NCBI GenBank assembly: GCA_016182235.1
Contig: JACOXT010000003.1
Location: 322,209-386,208 of the forward strand
Length of the DNA: 64,000 nt
From: Candidatus Levyibacteriota bacterium
GTDB lineage: Bacteria; Patescibacteriota; Microgenomatia; Levybacterales; UBA12049
Direction of reading: 5' to 3'
This document shows positions 1 to 8,157 of the stretch, piece after piece (position 1 is the stretch's first letter; the number at the start of each line of letters is the position of its first letter). The position numbers and the translations under genes are program-made. The notes under the pieces are model-generated. The model searched no databases and was not told the origin of the DNA. It saw nothing but the letters and a program-made list of their open reading frames with translations.

Positions 1-288
1 TTCCAAGGCGGCATTTATCCTTTGGTTTTATTCTATTCAAAATACAACCCGAAAATTTATCAAGAAGAAGGGTCAACTAAGAATGCAGATTATACTGGTT
101 TTGGTAAATTCTTTTTTGTACCGCAAGATTGTCCATCTGTACAGAGAAACAATAAATCCCCAAAAGTTAACAATATACTGTTTGTTGATAAGGGCGATTG
201 TCCATCGGATAAGTCCCTAAAATTTAAAAAGATTAAATACATTTATAGAGAAGACGGTACCAAAGCATTTAGGCTTGTTTATGACTGA
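1..288 (+). CDS. Family A GT-C (ArnT/PMT-type) membrane glycosyltransferase, C-terminal fragment cut by window edge
   Basis: Frame 1 is open from nt 1 (FQGGIYPLVLFYSKYNPKIYQEEG...). The 95 aa align end to end with the C-terminus of the next gene (GGIYPLILFYMKYDPKTYQDEG...GFGKFFFVPQxCPS...KGDC). The ORF-track start at 22 is an internal TTG. Confidence 0.8.
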   Translation, partial: FQGGIYPLVLFYSKYNPKIYQEEGSTKNADYTGFGKFFFVPQDCPSVQRNNKSPKVNNILFVDKGDCPSDKSLKFKKIKYIYREDGTKAFRLVYD

Positions 289-1939
289 TCTTTATAAAAA
301 GAATATTATCCTCATTTTTCTTTTATTAATATTTTTCGTCGGTGGGTTATTGCGTTTTTATCAGTTAGATAAAGTTCCCAATGGTTTGCATATAGATGAA
401 GCAATAAATGGCGTTAATGGATATTTTCTTCTTAAAACCGGTAAAGATAGCAATAACAGCAAATTACCTTTTCAAACAGAAGTTTTTGGAGACTACAATC
501 CAACAGGATACGCATATTTAACAATATTACCAATTAAGCTTTTTGGCTTAAACGAATTCTCGACAAGATTTCCCGGGGCCTTCCTCGGAAGTCTGACTAT
601 TTTGGCATGTTACCTATTGACTTTCTCTATTTTTAGAAATAAAAAAGTAGGGTTACTGTCAGCTTTTTTATTTGCCGTTAATCCATGGCATATAGTACTT
701 TCAAGGTCAAGTGAAGAAACACTTGTTTCCCTTTTTTTTGTAGTTTCTGGTTTTGCTTTGGTAATTCTAAGTTTTGAAAATCAAAAATTAAAACTTTTGA
801 TTCCCGGAATATTATTATTGGCAGTAAGTTATTTTGTGTATTTTACTCCGCGCGTTTTTGTTCCTCTCGTTTTTTTAGCAATTCTTATTTATCTTTTTAG
901 AATTTGGAATAAGAAACAAATACGAAAATACAAGAGTTTACTTGTTGGATCTTTTTTGCTACTAGGAGTTTTGGCTCTGTTTTTAGTTTTTTTAGTAAAA
1001 GGAGGCGAAGATAGATTTAAGCAAGTTAGCATTTTCGGATCATTAGAAACAAGGTTAGTAATGGAGGAGCAAATTAGAGAAGATGGCGTTTCAGGTACGA
1101 ACATTAAGATTACTCAAACTTTTCATAATAAAGTTGTAAATTACTTTTTAACATATATCTCAAATTATGTTGATTATTTTTCCGGCAGTTTTTTATTTAT
1201 AAAAGGAGGACTACCTGTATGGCTTAGAGTTGAAGGCATGGGGCTAGTTTATCTCATAGAGCTGCCATTCTTGTTGGTGGGATTGGCTACATTGGTAACA
1301 AACAAGAATAAAATGCACAAAGTTCCATTGTTGTGGTTATTGATAGTTCCAATGGTTGCAGCTATAACAACAGATGACATTCCAAATATTAGGCGGTCTC
1401 TTATTATGCTACCGATGATTGAAGTAATTAGCGCTTTTGGTTTTTTATATATTTTGCAAAATAAAAGAAAACTGATAAATATCTTAGTTATATCTTCGTT
1501 TGGGATATTTCTCACCTATAATTTTTTCTATTTCCTTCATCAATATTTCGTTCATGTACCTATTCATAGGAATTGGTTTAGAAATGAAGGATTTGGAGAA
1601 ATGGTGAACACAGTTAAAAATTCATATAACAATGTCGATAAAGTTATAGTTACAAAAGATGCGGGAGGCATTTATCCTCTGATTCTTTTTTACATGAAGT
1701 ACGATCCTAAAACCTATCAAGATGAAGGTGCTCCTAAGGACAAAAACTATGGGGGTTTTGGTAAGTTTTTCTTCGTTCCTCAGGCATGTCCTTCAATAGA
1801 TAAGGACATAAGATTTCCTAATGCAAATAAGATAATTTATGTGAATAAGGGCGATTGTAAGCTTAAAGCAATTAATCAAAAGATTATTTATAGAAAGGAT
1901 AAAACTAAAGTTTTTAATATAACCTATGAACAAATTTAG
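281..1939 (+). CDS. Family A GT-C glycosyltransferase (ArnT/PMT-like, GT39/GT83-type)
   Basis: Long ORF with many hydrophobic segments. After TM1 it has the loop motif GLHIDEAINGVNGY ... FGDYNPTGYAYL (acidic D-E pair typical of the ArnT/PMT first loop). C-terminal soluble domain has YPLILFYMKYDPKTY. ATG 281 is preferred to TTG 275 and overlaps the upstream stop (ATGACTGA). Confidence 0.85.
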   Translation: MTDLYKKNIILIFLLLIFFVGGLLRFYQLDKVPNGLHIDEAINGVNGYFLLKTGKDSNNSKLPFQTEVFGDYNPTGYAYLTILPIKLFGLNEFSTRFPGAFLGSLTILACYLLTFSIFRNKKVGLLSAFLFAVNPWHIVLSRSSEETLVSLFFVVSGFALVILSFENQKLKLLIPGILLLAVSYFVYFTPRVFVPLVFLAILIYLFRIWNKKQIRKYKSLLVGSFLLLGVLALFLVFLVKGGEDRFKQVSIFGSLETRLVMEEQIREDGVSGTNIKITQTFHNKVVNYFLTYISNYVDYFSGSFLFIKGGLPVWLRVEGMGLVYLIELPFLLVGLATLVTNKNKMHKVPLLWLLIVPMVAAITTDDIPNIRRSLIMLPMIEVISAFGFLYILQNKRKLINILVISSFGIFLTYNFFYFLHQYFVHVPIHRNWFRNEGFGEMVNTVKNSYNNVDKVIVTKDAGGIYPLILFYMKYDPKTYQDEGAPKDKNYGGFGKFFFVPQACPSIDKDIRFPNANKIIYVNKGDCKLKAINQKIIYRKDKTKVFNITYEQI

Positions 1940-3584
1940 TATGAATAGATTTAAGATAATCTTCATATTGGTTATTTTACTTGGTGGATTTTTGCGTTTC
2001 TATCAGTTGGGGTCAAACCCTCCGAGCGTTACTTGGGATGAGGCAAGTCTTGGTTATAATGCATATTCAATCTATAAAACTGGCGCAGACGAATATGGCG
2101 TTAAGCTTCCTTTAAGTATTCGGTCATTTGACGATCATAAACCACCTTTATATGTATATCTTACAGTTCCCTTTGTAGCAATATTTGACTTAAGTGAGTT
2201 TTCAGTTCGGCTGCCATCAGCGATAATCGGAGTTCTATCTATAGCAGTTATTTATTTTTTGGTAAAAGAAATCTTACAAAAATGGGATAAAAATAAGCAA
2301 CAATTAATTGCCCTTTCTTCGGCATTTTTCTTGGCTGTTTCCCCATGGAGTCTTCAATTCTCACGCGCAGCATTTGAAGGAAATATTGGAATCTTTTTCC
2401 TGATGCTTGGAATTTTATTATTACTAAAAGGATTAAAAAATGGCAGATTTATTTTTTTTTCAAGTATCGCTTTCGTTTTAAGTGTTTATTCATATCACAG
2501 CTTCAGACTGATAATTCCTCTTCTATTATTTTTTCTAACAATATTTTTTTGGCAGGAAATTTTAAGAAAAAAATTGATTTTTATTGTTTTTTTTATCTCA
2601 TTAGTTTTGTTGACTTTGCCTGTATACCTAAGCTTTCTTAATGCGCAGGATTCGGGATCGCGTTTGTCAATGGTCACTATCTTCTCAGATCCGACAGTTT
2701 TAGACTCGTCTATTATTAGAAATAATTACGACAAAGACAATAACGATCTGATAGGGGGACTGATCCATAATAGGCGTATAGTTTATTCACTGACTGTTGC
2801 AAAAGGATATCTTGATCATTTCAATCCTGATTTTTTGTTTCTTCATGGAGACGGAGGAGTTCAGCATCACGCGGTTGACATGGGCATACTGTACCTTTGG
2901 GATCTGCCCTTCATCTTGATCGGATTATACTGCTTGATTAACCGACGTGATAAGTATATAGGCATCTTATTTTTGTTATTTCTATTAGCTTCAATCCCTT
3001 CAGCAATCACAACAGGTACTCCTCATCCCGTAAGAGCTATTGCTCTTATGCCAGGATTTCATATATTTTCAGCAGTTGGTTTTATTGTTGTTATTCTTAG
3101 GATTCTAGAAGTGAAAATGTTTTTCACAAAAATAGCTATATTAGGATTAGTTGGAGCCTCACTATTCTTTAATTTTATTTACTACACGCATCAGTATTAT
3201 GTGCATACGCCAATTGAGTATGGGTACTTTTGGCAATATGGATACAAAGAAGCAATGCTTTTTGCAAAAGACAACCAGGAAAAATTCGACAAAATTATTA
3301 TTACCTATAGATACGATCAACCATACATTTACTATCTTTTCTACAACAAAATAGACCCGACTTGGTATCAGAAGAACTGGGATTACAACAGGACCGGTTT
3401 AACCGATAGATTTAAGAGAGTGATTGGTAAATATGAGTTTAGAAATATTGATTATTCAAAAGACTCTTTGTCTTCAAATACTCTTCTTATTGGTATACCT
3501 TCGGAAATTCCAGATTCCGCGGAAGTCGTAGGGATTGTCAAATTTCCTGATGGAAATGTTGCCTTTAGGATTACTAAGACATGA
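1926..3584 (+). CDS. Family A GT-C glycosyltransferase (ArnT/PMT-like)
   Basis: SVTWDEASLGYNAYSIYKTGADEYGVKLPLSIRSFDDHKPPLYVYL after TM1. PWSLQFSRAAFEGN. C-terminal YDQPYIYYLFYNKIDPTWY. An alternative in-frame ATG lies at 1941. Confidence 0.85.
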   Translation: MNKFSMNRFKIIFILVILLGGFLRFYQLGSNPPSVTWDEASLGYNAYSIYKTGADEYGVKLPLSIRSFDDHKPPLYVYLTVPFVAIFDLSEFSVRLPSAIIGVLSIAVIYFLVKEILQKWDKNKQQLIALSSAFFLAVSPWSLQFSRAAFEGNIGIFFLMLGILLLLKGLKNGRFIFFSSIAFVLSVYSYHSFRLIIPLLLFFLTIFFWQEILRKKLIFIVFFISLVLLTLPVYLSFLNAQDSGSRLSMVTIFSDPTVLDSSIIRNNYDKDNNDLIGGLIHNRRIVYSLTVAKGYLDHFNPDFLFLHGDGGVQHHAVDMGILYLWDLPFILIGLYCLINRRDKYIGILFLLFLLASIPSAITTGTPHPVRAIALMPGFHIFSAVGFIVVILRILEVKMFFTKIAILGLVGASLFFNFIYYTHQYYVHTPIEYGYFWQYGYKEAMLFAKDNQEKFDKIIITYRYDQPYIYYLFYNKIDPTWYQKNWDYNRTGLTDRFKRVIGKYEFRNIDYSKDSLSSNTLLIGIPSEIPDSAEVVGIVKFPDGNVAFRITKT

Positions 3585-5257
3585 AGAAAGCAGTATTGAT
3601 TTTTCTGTTCTCCATTTTCCTTAGCATCCCTGTTGTATTGCCTTTTTTTCATGAGGGTTATTTTCCAACTCACGACGGAGAGTGGGCGGTCGTGAGATTG
3701 GGGGATATGTTTCGAACGCTTCGTGATTTTCAAATTCCGCCGCGTTATAGCGGAAATTTAAATTTCAGTTATGGTTATCCTCTTTTCAATTTTACTTATC
3801 CCTTCCCCTACTATTTGGGAACACTAATGCATTTTTTGGGAATTGGATTTGTAGATACGATAAAAATTCTTTTTGCTGGAAGCGTACCATTGTCTGCGTT
3901 TTTCATATTTTTGGCAAGCCGAAATATTTGGAAAAATACATGGGCCGGGATTATCTCAGCGACACTTTATGTATATTTCCCATACCGAATGGTTGACTTG
4001 TATGTTCGGGGGTCTATCGGAGAATCGCTTTCTTTTGCTTTGTTTCCTCTGTTGTTTTATTTCACTATTAAATTAATAGATAAGCCTTCTTACTTTTGGA
4101 TCTTAGGTATTTCTATTTCACTTGCTACTCTTATTACAACTCACAATATTATGACTGTGCTATTCTTGCCTGTGTGGATTTTATTTATTGTCAGCAAAGT
4201 AATTCTTGATAAGAAGAAAGATTCGGTAAAAACAATTATTATCGGTATTTTTTTAGGACTTGGGCTCTCGGCTTTTTTTTGGGTGCCGGCGATTTTTGAA
4301 AAGCACTTGATTCTTCTTTCCAAGACTCCAATTGCGGATCGAAACTTATATTTTGTAAGTCTTGATCAACTAATACTAAGTAGGTGGGGATATGGCGTCC
4401 CAACAGACCCCAACGGTTTTTCTTATCAGCTTGGTTTGCCGTACTTGATTGTCATTTCACTTACAGCCCTTGTTTTGTTTTTTATTTTGTTTAGACAAAA
4501 GGGTAAACTGAAGGACTCTTTAACAAAGTTTTCTTTAGTATTAATTTCTATCATTTTATTTTTTATTTTCTTAATGACAAAGCCCTCATCTTTTTTATGG
4601 GAGAGTTTGCCATTATTGTCAGAAATTAATTATCCCTGGACAGTACTTGGAATTTTGGGTTTTTTGACAAGCTTATCGGCAGGATTTTTGTGCAAACAGA
4701 AAATCACAAAATATATTGCTGTGGTTCTTGGATTAGTTGCGGTAGTTCTAGTCTTGCCTTATGCAAAGCCTCAGTACTATGTGGATAGGGGAGATGATTT
4801 TTATCTCACGAATGATGCGACAACAACATCGTCAAATGAGCTTATGCCACTGTGGGTTAAGAAAATGCCGATTGAGCGGCCAGCGGAAAAAGTAAAAGTT
4901 TTCGGGCAAGGAAAAGTAGAAAATATCTCCTATAATTCAAAACAAATCTCATTTTCCGTTGATCTTTTATCTCAAAGTAGGATTAGAGTAAATACAATTT
5001 ATTATCCAGGTTGGACTGCTAAGGTAAATAATCAAAATGCAGAAATAAACTATGCTAATGAAAGAGGATTGATGGAATTTGAATTATCAAAAGGTGAAAA
5101 CAAAGTAGAACTAAAATTCTCCGAAACCCCTCTTCGTTTTTCTGCAGGCTTGATCTCTCTTGCTTCTTTTGTCGTTTTATTGTTGTATGCTATTACGGCT
5201 CAACTGAGAAAAAAATTTATTAAAGCCCGTACTGTTGTTTCTAAGTCTGATTTATGA
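3581..5257 (+). CDS. Family B polytopic membrane protein (PTPS-related/YfhO-like putative GT-C)
   Basis: FPTHDGEWAVVR ... PPRYSGNLNFSYGYPLFNFTYPFPYYLG, MVDLYVRGSIGE, THNIMT, FFWVPAIFEK. C-terminal YYPGWTAKVN module plus terminal TM. ATGA overlap with the upstream gene. Confidence 0.75.
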   Translation: MKKAVLIFLFSIFLSIPVVLPFFHEGYFPTHDGEWAVVRLGDMFRTLRDFQIPPRYSGNLNFSYGYPLFNFTYPFPYYLGTLMHFLGIGFVDTIKILFAGSVPLSAFFIFLASRNIWKNTWAGIISATLYVYFPYRMVDLYVRGSIGESLSFALFPLLFYFTIKLIDKPSYFWILGISISLATLITTHNIMTVLFLPVWILFIVSKVILDKKKDSVKTIIIGIFLGLGLSAFFWVPAIFEKHLILLSKTPIADRNLYFVSLDQLILSRWGYGVPTDPNGFSYQLGLPYLIVISLTALVLFFILFRQKGKLKDSLTKFSLVLISIILFFIFLMTKPSSFLWESLPLLSEINYPWTVLGILGFLTSLSAGFLCKQKITKYIAVVLGLVAVVLVLPYAKPQYYVDRGDDFYLTNDATTTSSNELMPLWVKKMPIERPAEKVKVFGQGKVENISYNSKQISFSVDLLSQSRIRVNTIYYPGWTAKVNNQNAEINYANERGLMEFELSKGENKVELKFSETPLRFSAGLISLASFVVLLLYAITAQLRKKFIKARTVVSKSDL

Positions 5258-5276
5258 TATATTTACCTCTGTAAAT

Positions 5277-5750
5277 ATGCCAATTGCTTCCGAGAGAGCA
5301 TCTAATCGAAAAGAACAAATTTTAGAAAGCTCTCCTTACTTACGTAGGTTTTTAGAGATAGATAGACTTCGTAATAGAGGAGATATGGTTAAGTGGGCAG
5401 AGGATTTGAGAGAGTTGGAAGAGCCGATTCTACGAGAAATAGAAGCAAGAATAGGAAAGAACTGGGAGATTATATTGATACCCTTGGGTCTTTCTGCAGA
5501 AGTATTTGGGTTGTTTGAAAATGATGCGCAAGCTGATGACAGATATAAAATTACTCGTAGTCTAGTACTAATAGGACATGAAGTTGGAAACCAGGAAAAT
5601 GTCAAACTGATTTTAGAAGATGTAATGGTGAAATGTAGCAGAGCTGGAATATTTAATTCTAAGTTAAGGGGTGATCGAAATAGGAGAAGAAATGCAATAG
5701 ATTCTACTTATGCCACGATATTAACAGGGTCGCATATTAAAAGTGGATAG
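5277..5750 (+). CDS. Hypothetical soluble protein
   Basis: ORF with no hydrophobic segments and no motif I recognise. ATG 5277 is preferred to the TTG at 5235, which lies inside the upstream gene. Sampled GC is about 40%, higher than the flanks. Confidence 0.5.
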   Translation: MPIASERASNRKEQILESSPYLRRFLEIDRLRNRGDMVKWAEDLRELEEPILREIEARIGKNWEIILIPLGLSAEVFGLFENDAQADDRYKITRSLVLIGHEVGNQENVKLILEDVMVKCSRAGIFNSKLRGDRNRRRNAIDSTYATILTGSHIKSG

Positions 5751-5793
5751 CAACTGGGTAGAGAGAGTTGATAAACTTGATTACGAGGCTGTT

Positions 5794-6792
5794 TCACCTT
5801 TCAGGTGGCGATCGACCGCGCCTTAAATGCGCATCCAAGTCTTGAATGCCCTGCGCTCTATCTAGCACGTATTTTCGGAAATATGTTTTTTCGTTCGGAC
5901 TCTCTACGCTGAAGTAGCGGACCGTCCCCCACCAAAACATTACAATGATATTTGTGAGCGCCCCATAGAAAATTTGTTCACGATTTAAAGGTTCCTTATA
6001 AACATGCCTGGCGGATTCCAAAATTCCCTCGAATGTATCAAATGTAACAGGTTTATTATGAAACATGTTGCCGCCAAGGAGAGTGCCAATATCATACTGC
6101 AAACCGGATCTGGTATTTCGGCCTGAGTATTCAAAGTCAAGTATGTACACTTTTCCATCTTTTCCGAGAATTAAGTTTTCAACAATAAGATCATTATGGG
6201 TTGAGATTTCTCCGCCAACAGGTAACATTTCCATAGCTTGCCCCTCAATGATTTTTATCTGTTCAGATGTTTCTTTTGAAAAAAGTTGTTCGATATCATA
6301 TTTCTCAGCAACGCTTCGATACTTATCCACTTCATCGCGAAAAACATCATACTCATTTTCAAATTTAACACCGCTAGTGTGAAAAGTATGTAGAGATTCC
6401 GTTAAGGCATTTTGTACATTTTTATCCCTCAATACATCGCCATCAAGCTGTTCTCCTTCAATATATGACGTTACCATTGCTCCGTCAGGAAGGTCAAATT
6501 CTTGACTTTCCGGATCCAAAATATTCCTTCTGCCCAGCACATAAATTTGATACTTAGGTATAATAGATGATGTTTTCTCATTTCTGGAAAGAGCCAAGAT
6601 ATTCCTTGCTTCTATATCTCTATTCACTATGTCACTTCGTTCCCAGGGGATCCGAACAAACACCTTTCCCTGATCGGAAGTTACAATAAAGTTTCTATTG
6701 GTCTGGCCGCCGGCTTTCTCCACATGTATGCTTTCAGGTCTCCAATCCTTACTAAAACGAGATAAATTTTCGAGCTCTCTGTTGGCTGCCAT
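5794..6792 (-). CDS. Choline/ethanolamine kinase-like phosphotransferase (APH/ChoK superfamily, LicA-like)
   Basis: Catalytic-loop and metal-binding motifs ISTHNDLIVENLIL ... VYILDFEYSGRN match the HNDxxxxN / (I/L)DFEY signature of choline kinases rather than the HGD of aminoglycoside kinases. Sampled GC is 40-47%. Confidence 0.75.
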   Translation of the reverse strand: MAANRELENLSRFSKDWRPESIHVEKAGGQTNRNFIVTSDQGKVFVRIPWERSDIVNRDIEARNILALSRNEKTSSIIPKYQIYVLGRRNILDPESQEFDLPDGAMVTSYIEGEQLDGDVLRDKNVQNALTESLHTFHTSGVKFENEYDVFRDEVDKYRSVAEKYDIEQLFSKETSEQIKIIEGQAMEMLPVGGEISTHNDLIVENLILGKDGKVYILDFEYSGRNTRSGLQYDIGTLLGGNMFHNKPVTFDTFEGILESARHVYKEPLNREQIFYGALTNIIVMFWWGTVRYFSVESPNEKTYFRKYVLDRAQGIQDLDAHLRRGRSPPER

Positions 6793-6941
6793 AGTTACAC
6801 ATACTTTCTAATAATATCTTTATTATTCCGAATTGCGTCGACCCAGTATTGTGCCATTGTTTCTGATTCAAGAGAAGCCATAAATTAGCACCTGAACTAT
6901 AGCATAAGCCTTTGCTAGGTACAAGATTATTTATTAACAAG

Positions 6942-6970
6942 TTGATATGGGTGATTGTTTAACATATAAT
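6942..6970 (+). promoter_or_regulatory. Sigma70-like promoter TTGATA-17 bp-TATAAT, predicted leaderless transcript for the RDD gene
   Basis: TTGATA at 6942-6947 and TATAAT at 6965-6970, with a 17-bp spacer. The ATG at 6978 is 7 nt after the -10 hexamer and there is no SD. The 6-bp inverted repeat GTGATT(6951)/AATCAC(6968) overlaps the -10. Confidence 0.5.
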
Positions 6971-6977
6971 CACTCTA

Positions 6978-8057
6978 ATGAAAAATGTTATTCATGGCGA
7001 TTTGTCGCAAATAAAACCAGCCGGATCATGGGAAAGATTTTGGGCGTTTATAATTGATGCATTAATTATATCCACACCAATTCTAATTGTAGGCATATTT
7101 AACTATTACAATTCACACCAATTTAAATTTACGCTAGCCAATGAAAACATTTGGGCGAATATATTTTTTATAATAACCCTTACATATTACGTATATCTAA
7201 CTGTAAATAAAGGAGCTACATGGGGAAAATCTGTATATGGTCTTAAAGTAGTTAAGTATAAAACCACTCGCTACATTAACTACAAGACTGCGATTATAAG
7301 AGAATTAGTCAAAATAATGCCAGGAGTAAGTTTTATCCCTATTGTTGGTTCTTTAATTTCCTTTATAATTCTACCTATAGATATTTTCTTTGTTCTTTGC
7401 ACAAAAGAGAAGAGAACGATCCACGATAGAATTGCAGGAACCCAGGTAATTAAAGCTAAAGATTCATGGACATGGCGTAAAAAGTTACTTATATTTCTAC
7501 CATATATAATTTTGCTTATAGCACTCTCTTATAGAGAGTCTACGACTTATTATAATGGTCAATTGATCACAACCGACATGCAATTCTCTCAGGGGAAGAA
7601 CACGAAAAGAGAAATTAATTATCCAATCCTGGATTTCGTTCTGCAAGGTTTCGGTAAGCCGAATCCCAACTCTATACCTCCAGAAGTAGCAGAAGAAAGA
7701 AAAAAACTTGCACAAATTGCACAAGAGAATAATAAGAGAAGAAGAAACGATGTTAACTTAATATTAGGCGGTGTTTATCGATATATGAAAGATCACAACG
7801 GCACCATACCCGACGTTATTACGTCAACAGAGCAAGAAATTAATAAAGAGAGAACAGACCTGTGCAGCTTCCTTGTACCTACATATTTATCAGCTCTTCC
7901 TAATGACCCACAAGTTCGCAACCGCCCGCCAGTTGAAGATTGCACGTCTTCCTACTCAACCGGTTATAGTATTTTTAAGGATCAATTTACTAATAAAATC
8001 ACTGTCAAAGCCGAAGGGACAGAATTGCAAGAGATGAAGATTGAAGTAACACGATAA
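6978..8057 (+). CDS. RDD-family membrane domain fused to a C-terminal pilin/pseudopilin-like globular domain
   Basis: N-terminal RFWAFIIDALI ... TIHDRIAGTQVI (RDD signature) with 3 TM, followed by an extra TM. The C-terminal part, NKRRRNDVNLILGGVYRYMKDHNGTIPD ... DLCSFLVPTYLSALPNDPQ ... EDC, resembles the conserved start and Cys pair of CPR type IV pilin-like domains. Confidence 0.6.
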   Translation: MKNVIHGDLSQIKPAGSWERFWAFIIDALIISTPILIVGIFNYYNSHQFKFTLANENIWANIFFIITLTYYVYLTVNKGATWGKSVYGLKVVKYKTTRYINYKTAIIRELVKIMPGVSFIPIVGSLISFIILPIDIFFVLCTKEKRTIHDRIAGTQVIKAKDSWTWRKKLLIFLPYIILLIALSYRESTTYYNGQLITTDMQFSQGKNTKREINYPILDFVLQGFGKPNPNSIPPEVAEERKKLAQIAQENNKRRRNDVNLILGGVYRYMKDHNGTIPDVITSTEQEINKERTDLCSFLVPTYLSALPNDPQVRNRPPVEDCTSSYSTGYSIFKDQFTNKITVKAEGTELQEMKIEVTR

Positions 8058-8120
8058 TTTAATCTTAAATATTACTTCAGTTATTTAAGATAGCCAGTTA
8101 ATCAGTCAGTAGTGAAATTG

Positions 8121-8148
8121 TTAATAGCTCCTTATTCTCTGTATAATA
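8121..8148 (+). promoter_or_regulatory. Possible promoter TTAATA-16 bp-TATAAT, 9 nt upstream of the ATG at 8158
   Basis: TATAAT at 8143-8148 and a weak -35 at 8121-8126. No SD. This could be chance in AT-rich DNA. Confidence 0.3.
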
Positions 8149-8157
8149 CAAACTAGC

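Noticed and set aside
889-1104. Numerous 60-150 aa antisense or off-frame ORFs inside the large genes (e.g. 889-1104, 1249-1515, 11750-12196, 13791-14135, 16801-17253, 21904-22251, 54525-54935, 55648-56040, 61989-62333).
   Set aside because: Each lies entirely within, or largely opposite, a long ORF that has clear family motifs. Their translations are low-complexity (K/I/F/N-rich) with no recognisable motifs. Such shadow ORFs are expected in AT-rich DNA where stop codons are depleted on the antisense strand of coding regions.
2452-2460. Homopolymer tracts inside CDS (T9 at 2452-2460, A9 near 16706 and 30753, A8/T8 at several sites), considered as phase-variation switches.
   Set aside because: Runs of 8-9 A/T are expected by chance in DNA this AT-rich and mostly encode Lys/Phe runs in loops or TM segments. 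Nothing distinguishes them without read-level length variation.
6752-6940. 62-aa minus-strand ORF spanning the kinase start and the divergent intergenic region.
   Set aside because: It overlaps the well-supported kinase start in another frame, has no motif, and occupies the region that contains the best promoter in the window. It is probably non-coding.
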